Of a DNA stretch of 62,501 nucleotides, positions 19,420 through 29,314 are shown piece after piece (the first letter of the stretch is position 1; each line of letters begins with the position of its first letter). Below the pieces are notes generated by a model. It was not told where the DNA came from. It did not search any database and saw only the letters and a program-made list of their open reading frames with translations. Made by a program: the position numbers and the translations under genes. Origin of the DNA: an uncultured Candidatus Saccharibacteria bacterium (GTDB lineage Bacteria > Patescibacteriota > Doudnabacteria > UBA920); contig CAZTCH010000002.1 in assembly GCA_964612745.1 (NCBI GenBank), forward strand, positions 99,548-162,048. The letters run 5' to 3'.

Positions 19420-20310
19420 TTATAGCTTAAAAAGCTTACACGCATTTTGGGTTGTGGCTGAAGTGACCTCTTCCAGCGATATACTTTTCCACTCTGCAAT
19501 CTTTTTTGCAACTTCAACAATATATGCCGGTTCGTTTCGCTTGCCACGAAAAGGCACCGGAGCCAAATAGGGTGAATCTGTTTCAAGCACAATCTGTTCC
19601 AGCGGCACACCTTTGACCACCTCTTCCATATTTCCTGTTTTGTCGAAGGAAATAATACCATTCAAGCCAATATAAGCGCCAAGCTCTAAGAACTTTTGCG
19701 CAACTTCAAGAGAACCAGTAAAAGAATGCACTTCAAATCTGAGTATTTTATTTCCTTCGCTAGAAATTGGAAATTGGAAATTGGAAATTATGCCGAGTAC
19801 GTCATCATAGGCATCGTCACTACCCTTGCTTGGCCGACAGTGAATAACCAACGCTTTATCCAATTCCACTGCAAGTGCTATTTGCTTCCCGAAAGCTTCT
19901 TTCTGCTGTGCTTTGATTACATCTGTAGTCCTCTGTAAATCTGCATGCATCTGTATATCAGCATCACTTAGTCGGTAATAATCCAATCCACACTCACCTA
20001 TACCAACAACGCGCTCGTGTTGCGCCAAGAGACGATATGCGCCCACGTCAAATTCTTGCCGACCGACCACGTGTGCTGTTTCATTTTCGTCTAAATAGGG
20101 ATTGTCGTATGTATGACTAGGGTGCAAACCAACAACGGCATACACCCCACGTGGATACTGCGCCAGCATATCCACTGCCTGCTTGCTTGTAGGATACTCT
20201 GTTCCTATATTCACCACAGTAATACCATTATCAAATGCCCGCTGCAGCACTGCTTCTGCATCGTCCTGAAAAGCATGTAGATTTATATGTGCGTGTGTAT
20301 CAATTATCAT
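19420..20310 (-). CDS. TatD-family metal-dependent hydrolase/DNase
   Basis: MIIDTHAHINLH start (ATG 20310), GECGLDY, and HCR/HSFTGS motifs. Confidence 0.85.
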   Translation of the reverse strand: MIIDTHAHINLHAFQDDAEAVLQRAFDNGITVVNIGTEYPTSKQAVDMLAQYPRGVYAVVGLHPSHTYDNPYLDENETAHVVGRQEFDVGAYRLLAQHERVVGIGECGLDYYRLSDADIQMHADLQRTTDVIKAQQKEAFGKQIALAVELDKALVIHCRPSKGSDDAYDDVLGIISNFQFPISSEGNKILRFEVHSFTGSLEVAQKFLELGAYIGLNGIISFDKTGNMEEVVKGVPLEQIVLETDSPYLAPVPFRGKRNEPAYIVEVAKKIAEWKSISLEEVTSATTQNACKLFKL

Positions 20311-20326
20311 CTGTGAACAAATACAA

Positions 20327-21097
20327 TTAATCTGCAAAATGAATTCCATCTAAAACATTCTTGCCTTGCCAATAAATTTGTGCTGGCACTGGTTCTAAAA
20401 TTGGCTCGTTAGTACTTCGAGCCCTCACTATCTTATAGTATGCATCGAAATCAGGAAGTTTAATCACAACCGGCTTCCCAACCAAATTATTCTGTAACCT
20501 AAGCCAAGCCTGTTCATCTCCCGAAGAAAGAAAGCGCAAATCCTGCGTGGGTGACAAATCATAAAAAGGTGTTACTGCTATGGTATCTGCAATGTATTTA
20601 CCAACCAATTGAAATCCATTATGAGTCCCAAAATAAACATAGGAAGGCTCAGAAAATTCATTCTGTAAATCCTTATACTGCTTATGTAGGTCTCTCTCTT
20701 CCTTATTCAAGTTCAACCAAGCGTACTCGTTAGTAGCAGTAATAAAGCCGTGAGTAGCATTAAAAACCGAAGCCACAAATCGGATTTCATACAAGACCGG
20801 ATAGACAAGGAGTGCATTTAAACCCAACAATATCGTCGCAATAGCAACAGCCTTATGCCAACCGTTCGATGCTTTCTTATACAGCGTTACCCCGGTGACA
20901 TATAGAACCAAACCAAAACCAACACCATACGTGAACAAAACTCCCAATAAGATAATTGCTTCTATACCCTGCCCAGGGAAGCCAAGCCCGAAGACCGTAA
21001 TCATCGCCAACTCCAGCACTACTAGCGCCATACAAATATACACAAGCACTGGAGTTGGCACGGGCTTAATTTGGTTTTCAATCATAGTATTTGCCAT
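20327..21097 (-). CDS. Hypothetical membrane protein (4 TM + soluble C-terminal domain)
   Basis: 256-aa ORF. No motif recognised. Confidence 0.5.
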   Translation of the reverse strand: MANTMIENQIKPVPTPVLVYICMALVVLELAMITVFGLGFPGQGIEAIILLGVLFTYGVGFGLVLYVTGVTLYKKASNGWHKAVAIATILLGLNALLVYPVLYEIRFVASVFNATHGFITATNEYAWLNLNKEERDLHKQYKDLQNEFSEPSYVYFGTHNGFQLVGKYIADTIAVTPFYDLSPTQDLRFLSSGDEQAWLRLQNNLVGKPVVIKLPDFDAYYKIVRARSTNEPILEPVPAQIYWQGKNVLDGIHFAD

Positions 21098-21109
21098 CTT
21101 TTGAGCTAA

Positions 21110-22633
21110 CTACTCAATTCTCGGAAATAGTCGTGGTATGTCACCACCTCGAAGCGCTGTAGTAATCTGTCCTGCAGTATCAGGCAAAATAACTTGCAGG
21201 TGAAAAGCGATTACTGCTAACTCTTGCAGTAAATATGCAATATCCTTTTGCCCTGCGGCTGCATCTACCTTAATCTTTTTGAATGGCTCTTCTTTGGCAA
21301 TAAATTCATCCGCCGCCTTTATCTTCTCCCAAATCCAATCTGCAGCTTTCTGTATTTCATACGCCTCTAAACAACGAGAGAACTCTGAATCAAACCTGTC
21401 CACTGTCCACTGCTCACTCTCCACTATCCCTGCATTTGCCGCCATCTTTAAAATGCGACTAGTTAGATTACCCAATCCGTTTGCAAGGTTTGCGTTATAA
21501 CTTTCCACAAATTTTTCCCATGTAAAATCACCATCTTCAAATGTAGACATCTCACGGGCAAACCAATACCGTAGTGCATCAATTGCTTGCGCTTCCACCA
21601 CACCTTGTGCAACCAACTTGTCTATAATTTCAAATGGATCAACAACGTTCCCAATAGTCTTGGACATTTTTTGCCCACCACTAGTAATAAACCCATGAAT
21701 CAAAATTTGCTTAGATGTAGGCAATCCCGCAGAGAGGAGCATTGCTTGCCACATTGCAGACTGCTGACGCAAATTGTCCTTCCCCGCAATCTGCACCCCA
21801 GGCCAAAAATCTGTAAATTCAGAGTGTTGAGTGCTGAGTGCTGAGTTTTCAGAATCTGTATTCAACTTAGCATTTGGCACTTTCAATTCTGCATTTTCCT
21901 CTGGCCATCCTAACGTAGAAATATAGTTAATCAGCGCGTCAAACCAAACGTACATCACCTGGGTGTCGTCATTTGGCACCGGAATACCCCATGGCATTTT
22001 TTCTCGAACTCGAGAGATGCTGAAATCTTTTAAGCCTGCGGAAACAAACTCTCGGATTTCATGCAGCCTGGTTTTTGGCACAACAAAATCATGACCCGCT
22101 GCGTCATATAAAGCTAACAGCTGCGTCTGGTATTTCGAAAACTTAAAGAAGTAATTTTCCTCTGCAATTTGTTCCAGTGCTTTTCCAGGATGCAATGGGC
22201 AAAATCCATCTACCAGTTCTGAATCTGTTTTCTCCAGTTCACACCCAACACAGTAATTCACGCTGTAAGACTTTTTGTAAATGTCCCCTGCTTCCACGCA
22301 ACGAAGCCAAAAAGCTTGCGCTGCAGCTTTGTGAGTAGGGTTAGTTGTTCGAATAAAATGTATCTCTTCCAATATTCCCAGTCGTGGTAATAACCCTTTA
22401 AATTTTGCTGCGTACTCATCTACATACCCCTGTGGCTCCATGCCAGCCGCTAATGCATTCTGATAGATCTTTTGCCCATGTTCGTCCGTGCCAGTGTTAA
22501 AAAAAACTTCATCACCAATTAACTTATGATACCGTGCCAAAATATCTGCATAGACAAATTCAAGAGCATGCCCCATATGTGGCTTTGCATTTACGTAAGG
22601 TAACGTTGTGGTAATATAAAAGTTTTTTGACAT
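21110..22633 (-). CDS. metG: Methionyl-tRNA synthetase (short form)
   Basis: LPYVNAKPHMGH (HIGH), KMSKT (KMSKS), and a Cys-containing knuckle CVGCE...CPLH. Confidence 0.95.
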   Translation of the reverse strand: MSKNFYITTTLPYVNAKPHMGHALEFVYADILARYHKLIGDEVFFNTGTDEHGQKIYQNALAAGMEPQGYVDEYAAKFKGLLPRLGILEEIHFIRTTNPTHKAAAQAFWLRCVEAGDIYKKSYSVNYCVGCELEKTDSELVDGFCPLHPGKALEQIAEENYFFKFSKYQTQLLALYDAAGHDFVVPKTRLHEIREFVSAGLKDFSISRVREKMPWGIPVPNDDTQVMYVWFDALINYISTLGWPEENAELKVPNAKLNTDSENSALSTQHSEFTDFWPGVQIAGKDNLRQQSAMWQAMLLSAGLPTSKQILIHGFITSGGQKMSKTIGNVVDPFEIIDKLVAQGVVEAQAIDALRYWFAREMSTFEDGDFTWEKFVESYNANLANGLGNLTSRILKMAANAGIVESEQWTVDRFDSEFSRCLEAYEIQKAADWIWEKIKAADEFIAKEEPFKKIKVDAAAGQKDIAYLLQELAVIAFHLQVILPDTAGQITTALRGGDIPRLFPRIE

Positions 22634-22696
22634 ACGAAAATTACTTACTGGTATTTCTTTTCTCCTGCGTACAACAAACCGCTGCCAACCTCGTTC

Positions 22697-23719
22697 TTAC
22701 GCTACTTTCTGATCCCCTTGTTCACTCGAAAACTCTTCTATAAGCACTAACACTGCCCCTGCAAGAGGTACAGCCAAAAGCAACCCAATTACTCCAGCAA
22801 GTTTTAAACCAATAAGCAAAGAGAGTAACACCACGAGCGGCGAAGTGCCAACTGTCTTTTGCATAATCTTTGGCACGAGCACATACCCTTCAGTTTTTTG
22901 AATAATTATGTACAAAATTATTACCCCCACTGCCAAAGCGGGACTTTGCACAAGTGCAAACATAAACGCAGGAATAGCAGAAATAATCGGCCCCATATAC
23001 GGCACCACTTCTAGTAATCCCGCCATAAGTGCCAACACTAAAGCGTACTTTACCCCGAGCAACGTCAATCCGACATACGTCATTACAAAAATAGAGATAC
23101 TCAACAAGAGTTGCCCAAGTATCCAAAGCCCCATCTTTTTCTGAATCTTGTTCGTCAGACTCATAACCAAGTCTCGCTTTGCTGGTGGAACCAAAGGTCG
23201 AATAAGCTCCTTCATACCATTCTGATCTGCAACCACCAAATAAAAAGAGACGACCAAAACCGTAAAGAAACCGAGTACGCCGTTAAAGATACCAAGTGTA
23301 TGGCTAAACACAGACTGTCCATCGCCAGTTCCAACAAACCCTTGCAAAATTTGCGCTGCGTTTACATTGCCAAAAACCGCATGCACACCAGGGTACTTTA
23401 CTTGGAACTCAGCCCAGAAGTCCGGAAAGTTCTGCGCCAACAATTTAAACTGATTCAGTACTTCAGGCGCAATCAATCCAACTACCACACCAACCAAACC
23501 AAGCACAATCACGTACAGCGCAAGCACAGAAACACCACGAGGGATTTTTCGTTTTTGGTGCAAGTAATCAGCTAGTGGGTCCATGGCAGAAGCAAACACT
23601 ACTGCTAAAAGAAACAAGGTAATAATTTCTCGAATAACCCACAAAAAAGCAAGCGAAAGCACAACAAACACTACTTTCAAAATTACTTGGGTCGAATTTT
23701 CTAGCTCACGAAATTTCAT
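22697..23719 (-). CDS. AI-2E family transporter (PerM/UPF0118)
   Basis: 8 TM-like segments with the typical EVVPYMGPIISAIPA region. Confidence 0.85.
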   Translation of the reverse strand: MKFRELENSTQVILKVVFVVLSLAFLWVIREIITLFLLAVVFASAMDPLADYLHQKRKIPRGVSVLALYVIVLGLVGVVVGLIAPEVLNQFKLLAQNFPDFWAEFQVKYPGVHAVFGNVNAAQILQGFVGTGDGQSVFSHTLGIFNGVLGFFTVLVVSFYLVVADQNGMKELIRPLVPPAKRDLVMSLTNKIQKKMGLWILGQLLLSISIFVMTYVGLTLLGVKYALVLALMAGLLEVVPYMGPIISAIPAFMFALVQSPALAVGVIILYIIIQKTEGYVLVPKIMQKTVGTSPLVVLLSLLIGLKLAGVIGLLLAVPLAGAVLVLIEEFSSEQGDQKVA

Positions 23720-23750
23720 AAGGAAAGTATATACTGCCTAACCTAAAAAC

Positions 23751-23800
23751 AAAAGAGCTGCCTAAGGCTACTCGTATGTAGCCTCAAACAGCTCTAAAAA
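23751..23800. terminator. Hairpin terminator between perM-like gene and small ORF
   Basis: AGAGCTG...AGGCTAC-TCGTAT-GTAGCCT...CAGCTCT flanked by A/T runs. Confidence 0.5.
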
Positions 23801-23805
23801 GTACA

Positions 23806-24018
23806 TTATTCAGCAGGGGTTTCTTCTAACACAAGCCGCGCTGCATCTGTGCGTTCGTCTGGATTTTGTATACCATCGAGACAATACGCTTTAATTTGCT
23901 CACGAATATAGTCAGTAAGTCCTTCTGAGAGCAACGTCTGAATAAGCACGCCTTTAACTGTCTCATCCAAGTCAGAAACGTGGATAAGATATATGATTTT
24001 TTCTACTTTTTCATCCAT
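23806..24018 (-). CDS. Hypothetical small acidic protein
   Basis: 70-aa ORF only. Confidence 0.35.
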   Translation of the reverse strand: MDEKVEKIIYLIHVSDLDETVKGVLIQTLLSEGLTDYIREQIKAYCLDGIQNPDERTDAARLVLEETPAE

Positions 24019-24035
24019 ATAATTAGTATAGCACC

Positions 24036-24203
24036 CTATACGGATGGGTTTTCCCCAACGCTAATTTCTTCAAGAAGGGCCTGCTTTATAGCAGGAATAT
24101 CCATCTCCCCAAACCTCTCTCTACCTCTTTGAATTATTCCCTGCACAGTAGGATTTTCTTGGTACAAAGCAGCGAGCATTTCTGGACTTTTTCTAGTTTC
24201 CAT
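24036..24203 (-). CDS. Hypothetical small protein (55 aa, below track cutoff)
   Basis: Hand translation: METRKSPEMLAALYQENPTVQGIIQRGRERFGEMDIPAIKQALLEEISVGENPSV, then stop. Confidence 0.25.
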   Translation of the reverse strand: METRKSPEMLAALYQENPTVQGIIQRGRERFGEMDIPAIKQALLEEISVGENPSV

Positions 24204-24293
24204 GTTCAAAATCGATTTGTTTCTTAAGTGTTTTCCCTAACGTACTCTGACAATATCACCTCCACTCTAACTGGTCAAGTTTGGTGAAAAATT

Positions 24294-25166
24294 TTATGCA
24301 CCTTCTCGAATTTTTTTCAAGAGGGCGATATCTTGCACCACTTTTTCGTGCTCTGTTTCCAAAATCAGAGGGAAATAATCACTCTCTGTAGTGTACTTTT
24401 TTACTTGCTCCATGAACGCGACAAATCCAGACTTTCCAATATGGCCTTCGTCTAAATGTTCATGCCTATCTTTGTGGCTCCCAAATTCTACTTTACTATC
24501 GTTCACATGACTCATGCGCAAATATTGCTTTCCTACAACTTCGTCAAAGCGCGCAAATGTTTCCACAGCTGCTTTTTTGGTACGGATGTCATACCCAGAC
24601 GCAAATGCATGCTGTGTGTCGTAGCAAATCCCACCGAACCCGTGCATGTCTTTTAACGCTGACACCATTTCTGCTAATTCTTCAAACGTATCTCCGGCAA
24701 CACTCCCTGCACCAGCAGAAATTTCTATGAGCAATTCTGTTTTTCCTTCGTACCCTTGCAACACTTCGGTAAGCCCAGCTTTCAGCTGCACCATCCCTGC
24801 TTCTTCACCTAAATCCTTAAAACTGCCAGGGTGGAACATCACATACCGCGCGCCGAGTAAGCTCCCTCGCTCTAACTCTCCTCGCACAATAGCAATAGAG
24901 CCATTAAACGTTTTTGGCGTGGCAGACCCAAAGTTAATAATATAGGGAGCATGTATCACAAAATCGCGAATCCCCGCTTCTTGCATAGCAGCCATAAATT
25001 TTTCTTGCACCTCAGCAGTTATCGCGGAGACTGGACCGCCTTGTGGACTACGCGAAAACATTTGAAATGTTTCGCACCCAAGCAGCCCAGCATTCTTTGG
25101 TGCATTCCACAACCCCCCAGCACTGCTCACATGACAGCCAATTTGTATACTATTCGTTTTTTTCAT
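24294..25166 (-). CDS. nfo: Endonuclease IV
   Basis: AP endonuclease family 2 motifs HAPYIINFGS, HPGS, DTQHAFASGYD, HVNDSK...DRHEHL. Confidence 0.9.
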   Translation of the reverse strand: MKKTNSIQIGCHVSSAGGLWNAPKNAGLLGCETFQMFSRSPQGGPVSAITAEVQEKFMAAMQEAGIRDFVIHAPYIINFGSATPKTFNGSIAIVRGELERGSLLGARYVMFHPGSFKDLGEEAGMVQLKAGLTEVLQGYEGKTELLIEISAGAGSVAGDTFEELAEMVSALKDMHGFGGICYDTQHAFASGYDIRTKKAAVETFARFDEVVGKQYLRMSHVNDSKVEFGSHKDRHEHLDEGHIGKSGFVAFMEQVKKYTTESDYFPLILETEHEKVVQDIALLKKIREGA

Positions 25167-25202
25167 AAAAATGTAAATAATTGTACCCTCATAAAAGCAA
25201 GC

Positions 25203-26141
25203 TTACACGGAGAGTGTTGTTATCCACTCAGGATGCAATACACTCTGCCCACGCTGGAGAGCTTGATACTGCTCGTGGAGCTGTTTCGTTACTGGCCCCA
25301 TGACACCACTACCCACTACCCGCCTGTCTACCGAAAGTATTGGCGCTATGCGAGCACTCGAACCACAGAAAAAGAGCTCATCAGCTATATACAGTTCACT
25401 GCGATCTACAGGACGAACAGCCACTGGAATGTGTAAATGCTGTGCCAATGCCAAAACCGTATCGCGAGTAATACCTTCTAAAATATCGGTGGATACTTCC
25501 GGAGTCACCAAATACCCTTGCCGAACCATAAAAATGTTTGCAACCGTCCCTTCGGTAACATGCCCGTCACGATCTAAACAAATTGCTTCGTCGTACCCAT
25601 TGAGGAGCGCTTCGTTTTTCATTAAGCTGTTGCTCACATACAGACCGTTCACTTTTGCGCGAGCTGGGATAGCATCGTCTTCCACGTGCCTCCACGTGCT
25701 CACGCACACCGCCACCCCTTGCTCAGGGTAAAATTGCCCCATCGGGTAGACATACGCAGACAAGCTATTGCGAAGTCCGGAAATCTTTGTGCCAGCTACA
25801 AGCTCATCTACAAAAATAGTAACGCGTACCAAAACATTTTCCCGCACGTCATTTTGGCGCAGTAGTTCGTGCATGAGCTCTGTAAAACGATCGAACGGGT
25901 GCGACTGTGCAAAGTCAGCAAAACCCATTATCCGCGCTGAATTGCACAGCCGCTTCCAATGGTCGTGCAAACGAAACAAGCGCACCTCTTGAGAGGCTTC
26001 ATCCCATACCACGTTAAACACGGTGTACACTGCCAAGCCATACAATACCGGCGAAGAGGCTATGCTCACCGTTGCTTGTTCAAAAGGCACAAAGTTATCT
26101 CGGAACAATGTGATGCTGTTTTGAAGATTAAATCCAGCCAT
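25203..26141 (-). CDS. Class IV aminotransferase (branched-chain/D-amino-acid aminotransferase family)
   Basis: Fold-type IV features including EGTVANIFMV. Confidence 0.8.
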   Translation of the reverse strand: MAGFNLQNSITLFRDNFVPFEQATVSIASSPVLYGLAVYTVFNVVWDEASQEVRLFRLHDHWKRLCNSARIMGFADFAQSHPFDRFTELMHELLRQNDVRENVLVRVTIFVDELVAGTKISGLRNSLSAYVYPMGQFYPEQGVAVCVSTWRHVEDDAIPARAKVNGLYVSNSLMKNEALLNGYDEAICLDRDGHVTEGTVANIFMVRQGYLVTPEVSTDILEGITRDTVLALAQHLHIPVAVRPVDRSELYIADELFFCGSSARIAPILSVDRRVVGSGVMGPVTKQLHEQYQALQRGQSVLHPEWITTLSV

Positions 26142-26182
26142 ATGTTTTATTTCTCACTACTACCCCAGCTCTGTGCGCAAAG

Positions 26183-27460
26183 TTAAAATTTTAGCGTTTT
26201 CTCTAACCGCTTCTGCAGCTCCACGCCTTTAAATGGTCCAATAACGGCTAAAGACGCATGCGCCGAACGAAAGAGCTCTGCTGCAACTGCTTGCACTTCT
26301 TTTCGTGTTACTTTATCTATTCTATCGTACGCGTCTTGCGGAGTTAAGATTCGCTTTTTAAATGCTACTTGGTCCAAATACCAATCAAGCTTTACCTGAT
26401 TATTTTCTAGCGCCAATGCAGTTTTGCCTTTCAGATACTCTTTTGCTTTTACGAGCTCCTTTTCATCTACGAGCGTATCTGCCGTACGTTTCAGCTGAGA
26501 CAAAATAACTGCTACCGCTTCGGTGACATTCGCTATTTGCACACCGGCATTAACCACAAATTGTCCCACGTCTTGGTACGATCCAGACCCACAATTGACG
26601 TAGTACGCCAACCCACGCTTTTCGCGAATTTCATCCCACAAACGACTGCTCATACCACCACCCAAAATTGTCGAAAGCGCGGTCACCGCAGGATTGCGCT
26701 TGTCGTTATTCGGAAAACCTTTAAAGCCAAGTGCTATATGCGCCTGTTCGGTTTCTTTGTGAATCACTTGTAAGCGAGGCTTGGTTTGCACATCTGTTGC
26801 TTTTTTCCAACCAGCAACTTTTGCTTTTTTCTGCCGCCCCCAGTGCTGCCTGATCAAAGTCATGAGCTGTGCATGGTTAAACTTGCCAGACACCCCAATT
26901 AGCATATTGTTCGGCTGGTAATGCGCCTGCATATAACTCCGGAATGTCGCTGGAGTAAATTTCGTGATTGTTTCTTTACGTCCAATAATAGGTTGGCCCA
27001 ACACATCGTGGGGCCACATAAGTACGTCCAAAGCCTCTTCCACGACACTCTGTGGACTGTCTGCATACATGTTCATTTCTTCCACTATAACCCCTTTTTC
27101 TTTTTCCAGTTCTGCAGGGTCAAATAGCGGCTGCTGCACCATGTCGGTTAAGATATCCAAAATCAGCGGCAAATATTTGCTTCGTGCTTTAATGCAATAC
27201 TGGGTGGTTTCTTTTCCCGTAAAGGCATTCATGTCACCTCCAATGCCATCAACAATTTCATTGATCGCCATGGAAGTTGGAAATTTTTTTGTTCCTTTAA
27301 ACAGGAAGTGCTCTAAGAAATGTGACACACCAGCATTCACCGGAGCTTCCGAACGTGAGCCAGTTTTCACGAACACATCTACCACCACGCTTTCCGCATC
27401 GTTACTTGGTACCGCAACAACCGTGAGACCGTTGGGTAATACTGTTTTTGTATATTTCAT
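26183..27460 (-). CDS. M16-family zinc peptidase (insulinase-like)
   Basis: HFLEHFLFKGT (HxxEH zinc motif). ATG at 27460. Confidence 0.85.
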   Translation of the reverse strand: MKYTKTVLPNGLTVVAVPSNDAESVVVDVFVKTGSRSEAPVNAGVSHFLEHFLFKGTKKFPTSMAINEIVDGIGGDMNAFTGKETTQYCIKARSKYLPLILDILTDMVQQPLFDPAELEKEKGVIVEEMNMYADSPQSVVEEALDVLMWPHDVLGQPIIGRKETITKFTPATFRSYMQAHYQPNNMLIGVSGKFNHAQLMTLIRQHWGRQKKAKVAGWKKATDVQTKPRLQVIHKETEQAHIALGFKGFPNNDKRNPAVTALSTILGGGMSSRLWDEIREKRGLAYYVNCGSGSYQDVGQFVVNAGVQIANVTEAVAVILSQLKRTADTLVDEKELVKAKEYLKGKTALALENNQVKLDWYLDQVAFKKRILTPQDAYDRIDKVTRKEVQAVAAELFRSAHASLAVIGPFKGVELQKRLEKTLKF

Positions 27461-27493
27461 AATTACTTCTCCAACGTCTATCTGCAAGTGCAA

Positions 27494-28888
27494 TTAATGT
27501 ATGCGAGTCATAATATATTCTACCAAGTCAGCCACTGCCACGCGGTCCTGTTGAGCCGTGTCTCTATTCCGCACGGTAACGGTGTCGTTCTCGAGCGTGT
27601 CAAAATCTACCGTAATACAGAACGGTGTACCTATTTCATCTTGTGAGTAGTATCGCTTCCCTACATTTCCACGGTCATCCCACGCAACTGGCAATAGTGC
27701 GTCATTACCTGTGAGCAACGCAAATACTTCTTTTGCCTTAGCTACCAACTCAGGCTTGTTTTTGAGTAGTGGAAATACTGCAGCTTTGTAAGGGGCAAGG
27801 CGCGCTGGTAACTGCAACCACACCCGCTTCTTATCTTCTTCTCCTTCTTCTCGGTAGTGTTCGGTAAGCACTGCCAAAACGGTTCTATCTACTCCCCACG
27901 TCGGTTCTATGACGTGTGGCACTGTCTTCTCGCCTGTTTCAGGGTCAGTGTACTTCAGCTCTTGTCCGCTGGCACGTTCATGGTTAGACAAGTCAAAATC
28001 GGTACGATATGCCAAACCGTACAGTTCTTTTTTACCAAATGGAAATTCGTATTCAAAGTCTATCGTGCGCTTGCTGTAGTGTGCCAAATCTTCTTTCGGG
28101 ACTTCCAACTCGTGCACGTGCGCCATATCCAGCCCAAGGTCATTCTGCATCCAAGAAATCATCGCTGCGCGCCACGATTCAAAGTAGGCGCTCCATTCAG
28201 CATCCGTGGTTGGTACAGGAATAAAGTATTCTATTTCCATCTGCTCAAACTCGCGGGTGCGGAAAATAAAATTCCCCGGAGTGATTTCGTTCCGAAATGC
28301 TTTACCTTGTTGCGCAATACCAAATGGCAAACGCTTTCTGGCAGTATCTAAGACATTTTTAAACTGCACAAACATTGCCTGTGCCGTCTCTGGTCTAAAG
28401 TACGCTACATTGGTTTGCTCTTCTGCAGGACCAATAAACGTTTTAAACATTAAATTAAATCGCTTTGGCTCAGAAAGCGCGTGTCCAGAAGGACTCTTGA
28501 GTTTTCGCTCTTCTGCTGCTTCCCACATTTGTTCAAGCGACATACCAACAGGGCTCACTCCTGCGTCTTCCAGCAAGTGGTCAAGACGAAACCGTTCGTG
28601 TGTTTCTTTGTCTTCCACAAGCGGGTCGGAAAATGTTGCTACGTGACCACTGGCTTCCCACACGCGCGGGTTCATAATAAGAGCTGCATCTAAACCAACC
28701 ACATCCTCGCGTTGGTGCACAAATCGTTTCCACCACAACCGCTTAATGTTGTTTTTAAGCTCTACCCCAAGTGGGCCGTAGTCCCAAGAGTTAGAAAGCC
28801 CACCATATATCTCACTCCCAGGGAACACAAACCCTCGACGCTTACAGAGCGATACTATCTTTTCCATCAGTTCGTTGTTGTTTGGCAT
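27494..28888 (-). CDS. glyQS: Glycyl-tRNA synthetase (alpha2 dimeric type)
   Basis: Class II GlyRS-like over its full length (FRNEITPGNFIFRTREFEQMEIEYF). Preceded by a T-box leader. Confidence 0.95.
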   Translation of the reverse strand: MPNNNELMEKIVSLCKRRGFVFPGSEIYGGLSNSWDYGPLGVELKNNIKRLWWKRFVHQREDVVGLDAALIMNPRVWEASGHVATFSDPLVEDKETHERFRLDHLLEDAGVSPVGMSLEQMWEAAEERKLKSPSGHALSEPKRFNLMFKTFIGPAEEQTNVAYFRPETAQAMFVQFKNVLDTARKRLPFGIAQQGKAFRNEITPGNFIFRTREFEQMEIEYFIPVPTTDAEWSAYFESWRAAMISWMQNDLGLDMAHVHELEVPKEDLAHYSKRTIDFEYEFPFGKKELYGLAYRTDFDLSNHERASGQELKYTDPETGEKTVPHVIEPTWGVDRTVLAVLTEHYREEGEEDKKRVWLQLPARLAPYKAAVFPLLKNKPELVAKAKEVFALLTGNDALLPVAWDDRGNVGKRYYSQDEIGTPFCITVDFDTLENDTVTVRNRDTAQQDRVAVADLVEYIMTRIH

Positions 28889-28910
28889 AACTTTATAAAT
28901 TACAAATTAC

Positions 28911-29024
28911 AAGCATCAAAGAACAAATAAATTCGAAGTTATAAATTCCAAACCAAAAATTTTGGTCATTGATATTTTGGACGTTGGAATTTATTTGATA
29001 TTTGTTATTTGGGATTTGGTGCTT
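28911..29024. repeat. Long AT-rich imperfect palindrome built from degenerate heptamers
   Basis: Left arm AAGCATCAAAGAACAAATAAATTC... faces right arm ...GAATTTATTTGATATTTGTTATTTGGGATTTGGTGCTT. Lies between the T-box terminator and the glyQS start. Confidence 0.7.
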
Positions 29025-29044
29025 ATATCAACCTGGTACTTAAT

Positions 29045-29300
29045 AAAAAAGGCTCGTCTCTAAATATAAAATATATTACATTTAGGGACGAGCTTTCTAC
29101 AATATAGACAGACCCGCGGTTCCACCCTAGTTGTCCCGCTGTAGCGGGACCGACTTTATTCACTTGTATAGCTCCAGCCAGCCACGGCCTTCACAGCTAC
29201 AGCTAGTATACACCAGCAAAACCCCCACCGTCAAAACTGCATTATCCGTTACCATGCACGCCTAGTAACGGTTGCAAAGGTGACCATGGTAACGGCATGG
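29045..29300 (-). promoter_or_regulatory. T-box leader, glycine-type, controlling glyQS
   Basis: Minus-strand AACTAGGGTGGAACCGCGGG (29132..29113) matches the T-box consensus AANNNGGGTGGNACCGCG. N=A is complementary to discriminator U73 of tRNA-Gly. A terminator hairpin plus U-run lies downstream. A GGC triplet is present in the upstream stem region. Confidence 0.75.
29051..29093 (-). terminator. T-box terminator hairpin
   Basis: GCTCGTCCCTAAAT...ATTTAGAGACGAGCC followed by TTTTTTA on the minus strand. Confidence 0.7.
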
Positions 29301-29314
29301 TAACCAGTAAGGTA

